Below, in pieces: positions 18,590 through 27,299 of a stretch of 64,000 nucleotides of DNA. Position 1 is the first letter of the stretch. Each line of letters opens with the position of its first letter. Where the stretch lies: the NCBI GenBank assembly GCA_020632925.1, contig JACKER010000007.1, positions 308,910 to 372,909 on the forward strand, in the 5' to 3' direction. Source of the DNA: Alphaproteobacteria bacterium. GTDB taxonomy: Bacteria; Myxococcota_A; UBA796; GCA-2862545. The translations under genes and the position numbers were made by a program. Below the pieces are notes generated by a model. The model was not told where the DNA came from and made no database searches. It saw only the letters and a list, made by a program, of their open reading frames with translations.

Positions 18590-19401
18590 CACCACCTCGC
18601 CCCGGGAGGTGCCTTGCCGTCGTCGGCCCAGGTGAAGGCGAGGACCAACCCGCCGATCCCGAGCGCCCCGGTCCCGGCGGACACGGCCGTGAACGTGATC
18701 GACTCGGACTGCAGGCGCGCGAGATCGGCGCGACGGAGGTCCTGCGAGGTGTCCCAGAAGGGGCCGTGCGTGGACCACGCCAGCCCGTAGAAGGCGGCGG
18801 AGGTCGCGAGGAGCGCCCCCGAGGCCACCAACAGCCGGTTCCGGTCGCGCGGTCGCGCGTCGAAGGCGGGAAGGTCGTCGCCCGGACGGAGCAGGCGCGT
18901 GCCCAGGACCTCGCCGTCGTCCACCCACTGCACGATCGTCGCGCGATCGAGCGGCTGGCGCGGCGAGAGCACCCCGTCGAACGCGAGCGCGCCGCGCCGT
19001 GGCTGCGGAGGCCGGCGGTCGTCGCCGGGGTCGTCGCCGAGCGACTCGTACGTCCGGCGCAGCTCGTGATCGGCCGGCAGCAGCGCGTCGGTGAAGGCGA
19101 AGGCCGGATCGAGCATGCGCGCGGCCACCAGGCTCTCGATCGCCGCGTCCTCGTTCCCCGCGCCATAGAGCATCATCGCGTCGAGGCGGTGGTAGCGGGC
19201 GGCGTCGTTGGCGCTCGGCAGGTCACCCAGGCAGGGGAGCAGCAGCGTGGCGTCGTCCATGGCCCGCTGGAAGCCCTCCGAGTCGAGGTCGGCGTACGCC
19301 TTCTCCGCGTCCTGCAGCCGATCGGCGAGGGTGGACGACGCCGTCCGACCGAGGCACCCGGCCACCGCCACCCCGCTCCACACCCACGCCAGCATCCGCA
19401 C
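18589..19401 (-). CDS. Membrane protein (N-terminal signal/lipobox, C-terminal TM), kinase-associated
   Basis: 270-aa ORF translationally coupled (ATGA) to the Ser/Thr kinase. Architecture is similar to 32469-33263. Confidence 0.55.
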   Translation of the reverse strand: MRMLAWVWSGVAVAGCLGRTASSTLADRLQDAEKAYADLDSEGFQRAMDDATLLLPCLGDLPSANDAARYHRLDAMMLYGAGNEDAAIESLVAARMLDPAFAFTDALLPADHELRRTYESLGDDPGDDRRPPQPRRGALAFDGVLSPRQPLDRATIVQWVDDGEVLGTRLLRPGDDLPAFDARPRDRNRLLVASGALLATSAAFYGLAWSTHGPFWDTSQDLRRADLARLQSESITFTAVSAGTGALGIGGLVLAFTWADDGKAPPGARW

Positions 19402-19460
19402 TCCGACCGGTGAAGGGTAGCAGACGCCGCATCCAACCGCCCGTAAACTGCGTGTGGAGG

Positions 19461-20558
19461 ATGCCGTTGGACGACGTGCGAGCGGTGGCCGCGATGCTGA
19501 CGCGCCGGCAGGTCCCAGATCTGGCCGACGAGGACGGCAGGCCGGTGGGCGAGGTCGCGGCGACCTGGTACCGCGACGTGGTGACCGATACGGTCAGGTG
19601 TCCCTACCGCGATGCGCGCCATGGGGGCGTGATGAACCGCAGCGCGCTCCGGCAGATGGGCGGGGTGTGGCCGGCGCTGCTCGCGACCTTCCGCGCGCTC
19701 GGTGGGCCCGAACCGCGCGTGATCGATGCGTTCCGCGCGGCGCTCGTCGGGATCAGCGCCCCCGCGGCAGCGCACGTGGCGCACCCGGAACGACCGATCC
19801 CGAACGGGTTGGCGGCGCTCTACAAGACGAGCCTCGGCCTGTCGCAGGTGACGGCGGCGTTGCTGCTCGCGGACGACGGCGTCGCTGACGCGCCCCTCTC
19901 CGAGCTCGGCGACGGGGTGGCGTTCTTCCGCTTCCTGGACGACGGGCGCTGGCTCCTCGGTGAGGAGCAGGTCTGCGCCGGGTCCGAAGCCATGATCGTG
20001 GAGGCCTGGGAGGGGCTTCTAGGCCGTAGGGGGGCGCTGCCCCCCTCGCCACCCCCCGCCCTCGGCGCTCCGTCTGCGTCGCGCGACACCTCCGGTGGCG
20101 CGTCCGCTACGCGTCCGACCACCTCCGGGTCGTCTGGGCTTTCCCAGACCTCGGGATCTCCAGGCGGTGGGGGGGCGCTGCCCCCCTCGCCACCCCCCGC
20201 CTTTCAGGCGACCCTCGGCACTCCGTCCCCCTCCGACGCGGGGATCGTGCTCCCGGAGCTGGCCGAGCTGCGGCACGAGCGCTGGCTGCCCGTCGCTCAC
20301 ACGCTCGTGGGCGCGGTGGCGGTGGCCGGGCTCGCGGTCGGTGGCGCCGCCGCGGGCCTCGAGGGCTGGATCGGTCCGCGCGGGCCGGCGTGGACGCGGG
20401 CGCTGTTCTCCGCGCCGGGGCGGGGTCCGGAGCACGCGCGACGCCTGTTCGCACGCGGCGCGATCCCCCCTTCGGTCGAGGCGATGATCACGATGCCACC
20501 TGCGTCGGGGGTGGTCTGGGCCGCCCGGATCGAGGAAGCGGTGAACGCCTCGTATTGA
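19461..20558 (+). CDS. Hypothetical protein with a low-complexity Pro/Ser/Gly linker containing two in-frame hairpin repeats
   Basis: ATG with GGAGG immediately upstream. Long ORF divergent from the kinase operon. Start is uncertain (track ORF begins at 19410). Confidence 0.5.
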   Translation: MPLDDVRAVAAMLTRRQVPDLADEDGRPVGEVAATWYRDVVTDTVRCPYRDARHGGVMNRSALRQMGGVWPALLATFRALGGPEPRVIDAFRAALVGISAPAAAHVAHPERPIPNGLAALYKTSLGLSQVTAALLLADDGVADAPLSELGDGVAFFRFLDDGRWLLGEEQVCAGSEAMIVEAWEGLLGRRGALPPSPPPALGAPSASRDTSGGASATRPTTSGSSGLSQTSGSPGGGGALPPSPPPAFQATLGTPSPSDAGIVLPELAELRHERWLPVAHTLVGAVAVAGLAVGGAAAGLEGWIGPRGPAWTRALFSAPGRGPEHARRLFARGAIPPSVEAMITMPPASGVVWAARIEEAVNASY

Positions 20559-20594
20559 AATCGGTTATCATTTTCAGCACCGACGGGAGGGGGC

Positions 20595-20804
20595 GTGATC
20601 CTCTGTCTGTGCGAAGGCGTGAGCGACCGGGCCATCGACGACGCGATCCGCGCTGGCGCTCGCTCGGTGCGGCAGGTGACGCGAGCGACGGGCGCCGGCA
20701 CCGGCTGCGGATCGTGCGCCTGCGACGTCCGCTCTCGCCTCAAGGCCACCCGCCAGGCCGAGCCGGTGCGCTGCACGGCCGGTCGCGGGAACGTCGCCGG
20801 CTGA
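20595..20804 (+). CDS. bfd: Bacterioferritin-associated ferredoxin
   Basis: MILCLCEGVSD…AGTGCGSC [2Fe-2S] Bfd signature. GGGAGG RBS. Located immediately upstream of bfr. Confidence 0.85.
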   Translation: MILCLCEGVSDRAIDDAIRAGARSVRQVTRATGAGTGCGSCACDVRSRLKATRQAEPVRCTAGRGNVAG

Positions 20805-20873
20805 GGTCCGGCCGCGGACCGTGGGCGAACGTCCCTCCGGGAGGTTACCCCGGCCCCCTTCCGGGAGGTCCAG

Positions 20874-21350
20874 ATGGCGGTGAAGGCCGGCAAGCAGGTG
20901 ATCGACGCGCTCAACGAGGTGCTGACCGCGGAGCTCACCGCGATCAACCAGTACTTCCTGCACGCCAAGATGCTCGAGAACTGGGGCTTCCTGGGCCTGG
21001 CGGGGAAGGTCCGCGCCGAGTCCATCGACGAGATGAAGCACGCCGACCAGCTCATCGACCGCATCCTGTACCTCGAGGGCGTGCCCAACGTGCAGAAGCT
21101 CGGGCGGGTGCGGATCGGTGAGGACGTGGCCGAGATGTGGCGGTCGGATCTCACGCTCGAGCAGGAGGCCATCCCCCGGCTCAACACCGCCATCGCCCTG
21201 TGCCGGGATCAGGCGGACAACGGGACCCGTCAGCTGCTCGACGAGATCCTGGCGAGCGAGGAAGAGCACCTCGACTGGCTCGAGACGCAGCTCCACCTCA
21301 TCGACACGGTGGGCCTGCAGGCGTACCTCGCGCAGCACATCGACGCCTGA
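20874..21350 (+). CDS. bfr: Bacterioferritin
   Basis: …LTAELTAINQYFLHAKMLENWGF… ferritin-like diiron/heme protein. 158 aa. Confidence 0.9.
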   Translation: MAVKAGKQVIDALNEVLTAELTAINQYFLHAKMLENWGFLGLAGKVRAESIDEMKHADQLIDRILYLEGVPNVQKLGRVRIGEDVAEMWRSDLTLEQEAIPRLNTAIALCRDQADNGTRQLLDEILASEEEHLDWLETQLHLIDTVGLQAYLAQHIDA

Positions 21351-21404
21351 GCCCTTCCCAGCGACAGCCCCTGTTGTAAGCTGCGCGGGTCCAGGGGAGG
21401 GCTC

Positions 21405-22649
21405 ATGCGGCAGGTGGCCGCCTCACTGATCATCGTGACGGTCGCCGGTTGCGGCCAGCCGGCGGAGCCGCCGGCGCCTTCCGCCTCGCTCACGCTGGGT
21501 GGTCCGGAGGCGCTCGCGAAGCGCCTGCTGCCGGATCTCGCCGGGAGCTACGGACGGCAGAAGTCCACGACGCCGCCCCGGGTGCGCACCATCCGCTCCG
21601 AGAGCGGGGGGATCCGCGAGCTGCTGGACGCCGAGATCGACGCTGCCTTCAGCAGCCGCGACGCGACGCCGAGCGAGGAGGACCAGGCCAAGGTGCTGGG
21701 GTTCACCTTCGACTCGCCGGACTCGCGTCACATCGTGGCCGTCGACGTCGTCGCGGTCGGCGTCCACCCGCGCAACCCGCTCGACAGCCTGACGTACGAC
21801 CAGGTCATCGGCATCTTCTGCACGCACACGATCGAGAACTGGTCGGCGCTGGGCCACGACGATCACCCGATCCGGGCGCTGGTCCGCGAGCCGGGCTCGG
21901 GCACGCGCGACCTGTTCGAGGACTTCTTCTGCGGTCCCCAGGGGCTCAGCCCCAAGCTCGAGGTCGTCTCCGCGACCCAGATCGGGTCCGCGCTCACCGA
22001 CGATCCCTACGCGGTCGCGATGATGTCGCTCTCGGAGGGCGTGGGCAAGCCGCTGTCGCTGCGGGTCCAGCCCAACGCCTCGCCCGTCAAGCCGTCGCAG
22101 GACAACATCGTGCGCGGCCAGTACCCGCTCTTCGGCGACGTCTACGTCTACACCCGCGGCAAGCCCACGGGGGAGCTCTCGTCCTTCCTCGACTGGATCG
22201 CGTCGCCGGCCGGCCAGGAGGTCATCGACGAGCTGCGGTACGTCCCGCTCTCGCTGCGCCCCGACCGCGCCGACACCGATCGTCCGCTGCGGGAGACGCT
22301 GCAGTTCGAGGTGGACAGCTCCGTTCCCAACCAGCGGTCCAACGCACGGATGCAGGTGCTGATCTCCGAGCTCAAGGAGAAGCAGTACCGCCACGTGATC
22401 CTCGAGGGCTTCACCGACGACCGCGAGGCCGACCCGTACAAGCTCTCGCAGCAGCGCGCCGAGGCCGTGCGGACCCTGCTCTCGGACGCCATGCCCGAGC
22501 TGTACGTCGAGATCATCCCGCGTGGGCCGAAGAGCCCGATCGCGCCGAATGACACGCCGTACGGTCGGCAGGTCAACCGGCGGGTGCAGGTCTACCTCGC
22601 GGAGGAGGAGACCCGGCGCGAGGACGCGGCGGTGCCCGAGGGCGGCTGA
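21405..22649 (+). CDS. Lipoprotein fusing a PstS-like periplasmic binding domain to a C-terminal OmpA-like domain
   Basis: VAGC lipobox. PBP/PstS-like N-terminal region. C-terminal …ILEGFTDDREADPYKLSQQRAEAV… OmpA_C-like region. Confidence 0.6.
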   Translation: MRQVAASLIIVTVAGCGQPAEPPAPSASLTLGGPEALAKRLLPDLAGSYGRQKSTTPPRVRTIRSESGGIRELLDAEIDAAFSSRDATPSEEDQAKVLGFTFDSPDSRHIVAVDVVAVGVHPRNPLDSLTYDQVIGIFCTHTIENWSALGHDDHPIRALVREPGSGTRDLFEDFFCGPQGLSPKLEVVSATQIGSALTDDPYAVAMMSLSEGVGKPLSLRVQPNASPVKPSQDNIVRGQYPLFGDVYVYTRGKPTGELSSFLDWIASPAGQEVIDELRYVPLSLRPDRADTDRPLRETLQFEVDSSVPNQRSNARMQVLISELKEKQYRHVILEGFTDDREADPYKLSQQRAEAVRTLLSDAMPELYVEIIPRGPKSPIAPNDTPYGRQVNRRVQVYLAEEETRREDAAVPEGG

Positions 22650-22650
22650 C

Positions 22651-23511
22651 ATGTCGAACATCGCGCTGGTCCGGAAGACCGACCTGTCCTCGTTCCGCAT
22701 GATCGCCATCGGGACGTGGCGGACGACCAAGGATCCGTCGGTCTATGGCGCGATCGAGCTCGAGATGGACGAGACGCTGCGGTACCTCGAGGCGCTGCGG
22801 GCCGCGACGGGCAAGCGCGTGACGGTGACGCACCTGATGGCCAAGGCCATGGGGATCGTCCTGTCCGAGATGCCGGACGCGAACGCGATCCTGCGGTTCA
22901 ACCGGATCTACCTGCGGCAGTCCGTCGACGTCTTCTTCCAGGTCGCGATGAAGGATCCGGTCACCGGCCAGATCGACCTGTCGGGGCTCACGATCCGCGA
23001 GGCCGACCGCAAGTCGATGCCGGAGATCGTGGACGAGTTCGAGCGGGTCGCCGCCAAGGTGCGGGCGGGCAAGGACGAGGAGAAGGAGCGGACGCGCACC
23101 ACCTTCAAGTCGCTGCCGGGCTTCCTCGTGGGTCCGCTGCTCGACGCGATCAGCCTCCTGATCTACACGCTGAACCTGGACCTGTCCTTCCTCGGGCTCC
23201 CCAAGGACCCGTTCGGCAGCGCGATGGTGACGAACGTGGGGTCGCTCGGGCTCGAAGAGGCCTACGTCCCCCTGGTGCCGTACAGCAAGGTCCCGCTGCT
23301 CGTCGCCGTCGGCGCGCTCAAGCGCACGGTGGCCGTCCGCGAGGGCGACGTGATCGAGCCGGTGACGGTGATGCGGCTGTTCGCGACCTTCGACCACCGG
23401 ATCCTCGACGGTGCGCACGCCGCGAAGATGGCGGGCACGCTCCACCGGATCTTCGCCGACCCGTGGACGGCCTTCGGCGGGGTCGAGCGGCCGGTGGCCG
23501 TCACGGCGTGA
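22651..23511 (+). CDS. 2-oxoacid dehydrogenase E2-type acyltransferase catalytic domain protein (no lipoyl domain)
   Basis: FDHRILDGAHAA catalytic His motif. 287 aa. ATG lies 1 nt after the upstream stop. Confidence 0.7.
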   Translation: MSNIALVRKTDLSSFRMIAIGTWRTTKDPSVYGAIELEMDETLRYLEALRAATGKRVTVTHLMAKAMGIVLSEMPDANAILRFNRIYLRQSVDVFFQVAMKDPVTGQIDLSGLTIREADRKSMPEIVDEFERVAAKVRAGKDEEKERTRTTFKSLPGFLVGPLLDAISLLIYTLNLDLSFLGLPKDPFGSAMVTNVGSLGLEEAYVPLVPYSKVPLLVAVGALKRTVAVREGDVIEPVTVMRLFATFDHRILDGAHAAKMAGTLHRIFADPWTAFGGVERPVAVTA

Positions 23512-24292
23512 GCAGCGCCTTCGCCTCGCTCCCGTCCGCCGGGCGATCGGTGGGCTTGCGCGCGGTCAGCGTCAGGATCAGGTGGCGGAGGTCCGCGGGG
23601 ACACGCTCACCCGGGTCGAGCGAGGTGATGCCCATCTTGCTGCGCATGAGCTGCGTCATCGGCAGCTTCGCGTCGAAGGCACGCCGGCCGACCGCCAGCT
23701 CCCACAGCACCTGTCCCGCACCGTAGACATCCCAGCCGCGCGGGTCGCCCGACTCCTCCATGATCCACTCGGGTGGCGCGTAGGCGAAGGTGCCAACACG
23801 AACCCCGACGCCCGACAGCCGCTCGAGGGAGGCGTCGAGCGCGAGGTTGAAGTCCACGACCGTCAGCTTTCCGTCCGGGCCGACGATCAGGTTGCCGGGC
23901 TTGATGTCGCGGTGGGCGATGCCGTGGGTGTGCCAGTAGGCCATCGCGTCCAGCAGCTGGTCGGCGATCCGACGCAGGGTCCGGGGCGCGGCGGCGCCCG
24001 CGCGGATCAGGTGACCCGCGTGCTGCCCGCGGACGAACTCCATCTCCAGCCACGCGGGACGAGAGTTCAGGTCGATGCTGCGCACCTTCACGATGTTGGG
24101 GTGCGACAGCCGCAGCAGGATCTCGGCCTCCCGCTGCAACCTGCGGTGCTGCTGGTCCTCGGGATCGACGCTACGGAGCAGCTTGACGGCGGCCTCCTCG
24201 TCGCCGTCGGTGCAGCGGTAGACGTCGGCGGCGCCGCCCGTCCCCAGCCGCTCCTGGACCGTCCAGCGGCCGTAGGTGTCGCCCGGGTTCAC
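23501..24292 (-). CDS. Short Ser/Thr protein kinase (kinase domain only)
   Basis: LGTGGAADVY…AVKLL…HRDIKPGNL…DFN…APE. GTG start in GTGA overlap with the pcp stop. Confidence 0.65.
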   Translation of the reverse strand: MNPGDTYGRWTVQERLGTGGAADVYRCTDGDEEAAVKLLRSVDPEDQQHRRLQREAEILLRLSHPNIVKVRSIDLNSRPAWLEMEFVRGQHAGHLIRAGAAAPRTLRRIADQLLDAMAYWHTHGIAHRDIKPGNLIVGPDGKLTVVDFNLALDASLERLSGVGVRVGTFAYAPPEWIMEESGDPRGWDVYGAGQVLWELAVGRRAFDAKLPMTQLMRSKMGITSLDPGERVPADLRHLILTLTARKPTDRPADGSEAKALLTP

Positions 24293-24813
24293 GGGGCACC
24301 GCCGAGCATCGCGCGGAGGCCGGACAGCAGGCGGTGGCGGGCGAGGCCCTCCGCCGGCAGGTGGACGAAGCCCACGGGCACCTCGAGCGCGCTCGCCACG
24401 CGGTAGAGCCAGGCGTTGCACACGTAGCGCCCAGCGTCGTCGGAGAGCCTCGCACCCAGGGCGTGCGCCAGCCGGCGCGTGTCGAGGGTGGCGCGGACCT
24501 CCGGCGGTCCCGACAGACGGGCCACCACGTCGCCCCGGGCGTCCGGTCGTCCCACCTCCACTCGAACCGCCCGCCGCTCCACGTGCACCCCCGCGCGGCC
24601 CACCGCCACCCCGAGGCCGACGACCAGGGCGGCGTCGAGCTCCCGAGCGACGCGGACCGCGCCCTCGGGCCCCTCCGTCCAATGCACGGGGAGCTCGATC
24701 CCGGTCACCAGCGCACCCCCGAGCCGCGCCCCGTCCACGGAGCGGGCCAGACGTCCGCTCGGGTTGTCGGGGACGCCGGGGAAGGGTCCGAAGCCGGTGA
24801 CCAGCACCCTCAT
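24289..24813 (-). CDS. pcp: Pyroglutamyl-peptidase I (pyrrolidone-carboxylate peptidase)
   Basis: MRVLVTGFGPF…NPS… and a YVCN catalytic Cys context. ATGA overlap with the rlmD stop. Confidence 0.75.
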   Translation of the reverse strand: MRVLVTGFGPFPGVPDNPSGRLARSVDGARLGGALVTGIELPVHWTEGPEGAVRVARELDAALVVGLGVAVGRAGVHVERRAVRVEVGRPDARGDVVARLSGPPEVRATLDTRRLAHALGARLSDDAGRYVCNAWLYRVASALEVPVGFVHLPAEGLARHRLLSGLRAMLGGAP

Positions 24814-26177
24814 CGGGTGAACCTGGCGACGACCTCGACGTGTCCCGTCTGCGGAAAGAGGTCGACCGTGTGCAGGTCGGTCGCCCGCCAACCACCCTCC
24901 GTGAGGATCCGACCGTCCCGGCCGAGGGAGGCGGGGTTGCAGGCCACGTAGATCAGCTCGCGGGCCGACACACGGGCGAGCGCGGCGGCCACCTTGGGAT
25001 GGAGCCCGGCGCGGGGGGGATCGACCACGATCGTGCAGGTGCCTGCGCCGATCGCCGCGAGGATCTCGTCCAGCCGCTGCTCCACCTTCGCGCCGATCAG
25101 CTCCATCGGCACGCCGTTGTGCCGCGCGTTGCGACGGGCGTCCTCGATGGCCTCCAGGTTCTCCTCCACGCCCACCACGCGGTCGAAGCCGCTGGCCAGC
25201 GTCTGTCCGATCGTTCCCGAGCCGCAGTACAGGTCGAGCAGCGTGCCGCCGGTGCCGCAGAGCTCGGCGATCGTGGCGTACAGCACCTCGGTGCCGCGGG
25301 TGTTCGTCTGGAAGAAGCTCGTGGTGGAGACCTCGAAGCGCTTCCCGAGCAGCTCTTCCACGAGGTGATCGGCGCCCCGCGCCCACACGAGATCCCCGCG
25401 CGCCACGTCGGCGACCCCGCGGTTGACGTACCACCGGAAGCCCACGACCTCGGGGGGCAGCTCGGCGTCCAGCGCCTCCACGAGATCCCGCTGCGCGTCG
25501 TCGCCGGTGAACAGCGCGACCAACATCCGCCCCTGGTGCTCCCGGATCAGCAGGTGTCGCCAGAAGCCGGCGTGGGTCCTCGGATCCCAGGCGGGCGCTC
25601 GCGCCATGTGCCGCCTCACCACGTCCACTACGCTGTTGGCGTGCTCCGACACCAGCTCGCACCGCCGCAGGTCCACCACGCGGTCGAAGCGGCCTGGCGC
25701 GTGGAAGCCCAGGAAGGTGCCGTCGGCGTCGAGCGCGCCGACCTCGTGGTCCTCGAGCCAGCGGATCGGGCCGAAGCCGAGCTCCACCTTGTTGCGGTAC
25801 CCGTAGGCCTCGTCGGCCCCGCGGACCGGGTGGATCACGGGCTCGGCGGGGAGCAGCCCGTCGCCGATCTCGGCGAGCGCGAACCCGTGCTTGAGCTCGC
25901 GCTGACGATCGAGCGGCAGGCGTTGCAGCGTGCAGCCGCCGCACGACCCGAACACCGCGCACCGCGGCGCCACCGCGCCAGGAGGCGGGCTCACCAGCGC
26001 CGTGGCGCGTCCCAGCAGCACGCCGTTCTTCCGGCCGGTGACGCGGACGGTGACCCGGGACCCCGGGATCCCACCCCGCACGCGGACGGGGCGGCCGCTC
26101 GGATCGGTACCCAGGCCCTGCCCCTTGGGGCCGAGGGCGACGATGTCGCAGTCGAACGGGGGGACGTGGCGCGCCAT
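24810..26177 (-). CDS. rlmD: 23S rRNA (uracil-C5)-methyltransferase RlmD/RumA family
   Basis: TRAM-like N-terminus, a CGGCTLQ Fe-S Cys cluster, a SAM-MTase region and a C-terminal NP/Cys motif. The track ORF over-extends to 26417. Confidence 0.75.
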   Translation of the reverse strand: MARHVPPFDCDIVALGPKGQGLGTDPSGRPVRVRGGIPGSRVTVRVTGRKNGVLLGRATALVSPPPGAVAPRCAVFGSCGGCTLQRLPLDRQRELKHGFALAEIGDGLLPAEPVIHPVRGADEAYGYRNKVELGFGPIRWLEDHEVGALDADGTFLGFHAPGRFDRVVDLRRCELVSEHANSVVDVVRRHMARAPAWDPRTHAGFWRHLLIREHQGRMLVALFTGDDAQRDLVEALDAELPPEVVGFRWYVNRGVADVARGDLVWARGADHLVEELLGKRFEVSTTSFFQTNTRGTEVLYATIAELCGTGGTLLDLYCGSGTIGQTLASGFDRVVGVEENLEAIEDARRNARHNGVPMELIGAKVEQRLDEILAAIGAGTCTIVVDPPRAGLHPKVAAALARVSARELIYVACNPASLGRDGRILTEGGWRATDLHTVDLFPQTGHVEVVARFTR

Positions 26178-26227
26178 CCCCACGAGTATGATGCCGGGCT
26201 CCCTCCGGCACCTCCGACAGGAGTAGA

Positions 26228-27097
26228 ATGGCGCCCATGTCGGATCACGCGCACGACCTGCTGGTTCAGGTCCGAAAGGCCACGGAGCTCCGCCGCAAGC
26301 TCGCGGAGGAGGGGAAGGACACGAGCGAGGTGGACGAGGCCCTCGACGGGCTGTACCGCGACCTCGGCCGGGCGGTCGCCGAGACCGACGGCAGCTCCTT
26401 GCTGGTGCCGGATCCACCCACGGTCACGAAGGAGGCCTTCACCTCGGAGGTGCCCGACGAGGAGGACTCCGGCGGGTGGTACACCGACGAGCGGGTCGCC
26501 TCGACCTCGGGGCCCCTGTTCGACCCGGCGGACCTCGGTGAGCCGCTGATGACCGACGTCCCGGTGCCGGACGACCTGAACCTCCCGCCGGACCCCGACG
26601 ACACGGACGCCTCCGATGCCCAGGAGCGCGGGTACGCGGTCGAGACCGTGCACTCGATGGGCTCGCGGGCGTCCGACCCGACGACGAGCCTCGGCATCTT
26701 CCGGTACGGCGTGGCGACCTGGAAGGGCCAGCTCGACGAGCTGCTCGATCTCCTCCGCTCGCCCTTCGACCTCGACGATCCGACCGAGCTCGGCGTGGAG
26801 GCGAGCCGGGTCCAGTGGGCCACGACGGATCTGCCCCACCGGCTCGAGCCGTACCCCGACGAGATCAAGATCGCGCTCATCGGCCTGCTCGCCGCGCGCG
26901 CCCAGTTCCTGCGCACGCGCCTCGACGTGGACGTGGGAGCGAGGCTCTCGCTCGATCGGCTCCAGCGCTACCGGATCGAGCGGTCGCTCGCGTCCGTCCC
27001 CGGCCTGCTGCCCACGCCGCTGCCGGAGCTCGGCTCGTGGCTCATCGACTCCGAGGCCTGGTGGGCCGTGTTCCGACCCCGGTCGGGGACGCCGTGA
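26228..27097 (+). CDS. Hypothetical acidic protein
   Basis: 289-aa ORF with high GC3. No family recognised. Confidence 0.5.
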   Translation: MAPMSDHAHDLLVQVRKATELRRKLAEEGKDTSEVDEALDGLYRDLGRAVAETDGSSLLVPDPPTVTKEAFTSEVPDEEDSGGWYTDERVASTSGPLFDPADLGEPLMTDVPVPDDLNLPPDPDDTDASDAQERGYAVETVHSMGSRASDPTTSLGIFRYGVATWKGQLDELLDLLRSPFDLDDPTELGVEASRVQWATTDLPHRLEPYPDEIKIALIGLLAARAQFLRTRLDVDVGARLSLDRLQRYRIERSLASVPGLLPTPLPELGSWLIDSEAWWAVFRPRSGTP

Positions 27098-27273
27098 ACC
27101 GTCGGCTCCAGGTCGTCGTCGGCACGATCGCGGTCGTGATGTTCGTGGGGCTGGGCGTGCTCATGTTGTCCGAGGAGCGAACGGGCCTGGGCGCCGTGTT
27201 CCTGGCGGTCGGCGTGTTCCGCGGCGGCTGGCTGGCGCGCCAGCTGATCGGCGGAGAGGAACAGCCTGGTTAG
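27094..27273 (+). CDS. Small membrane protein (59 aa, 2 predicted TM segments)
   Basis: GTG start in GTGA overlap with the upstream stop. Hydrophobic VVVGTIAVVMFVGLGVLML and GAVFLAVGVF segments. Confidence 0.4.
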   Translation: MNRRLQVVVGTIAVVMFVGLGVLMLSEERTGLGAVFLAVGVFRGGWLARQLIGGEEQPG

Positions 27274-27299
27274 GAGCTCTGATTCGCACGGGGGCCAAG

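Noticed and set aside
17217-19166. 649-aa minus ORF overlapping the kinase in another frame
   Set aside because: No motifs, and composition typical of an off-frame. The in-frame kinase has full catalytic motifs.
20804-20873. ggtccggccgcggacc hairpin plus duplicated tccgggaggt between bfd and bfr, considered as an attenuator
   Set aside because: The stem is short and imperfect. The duplicated GGGAGG is most simply the bfr RBS. Insufficient evidence for a regulatory structure.
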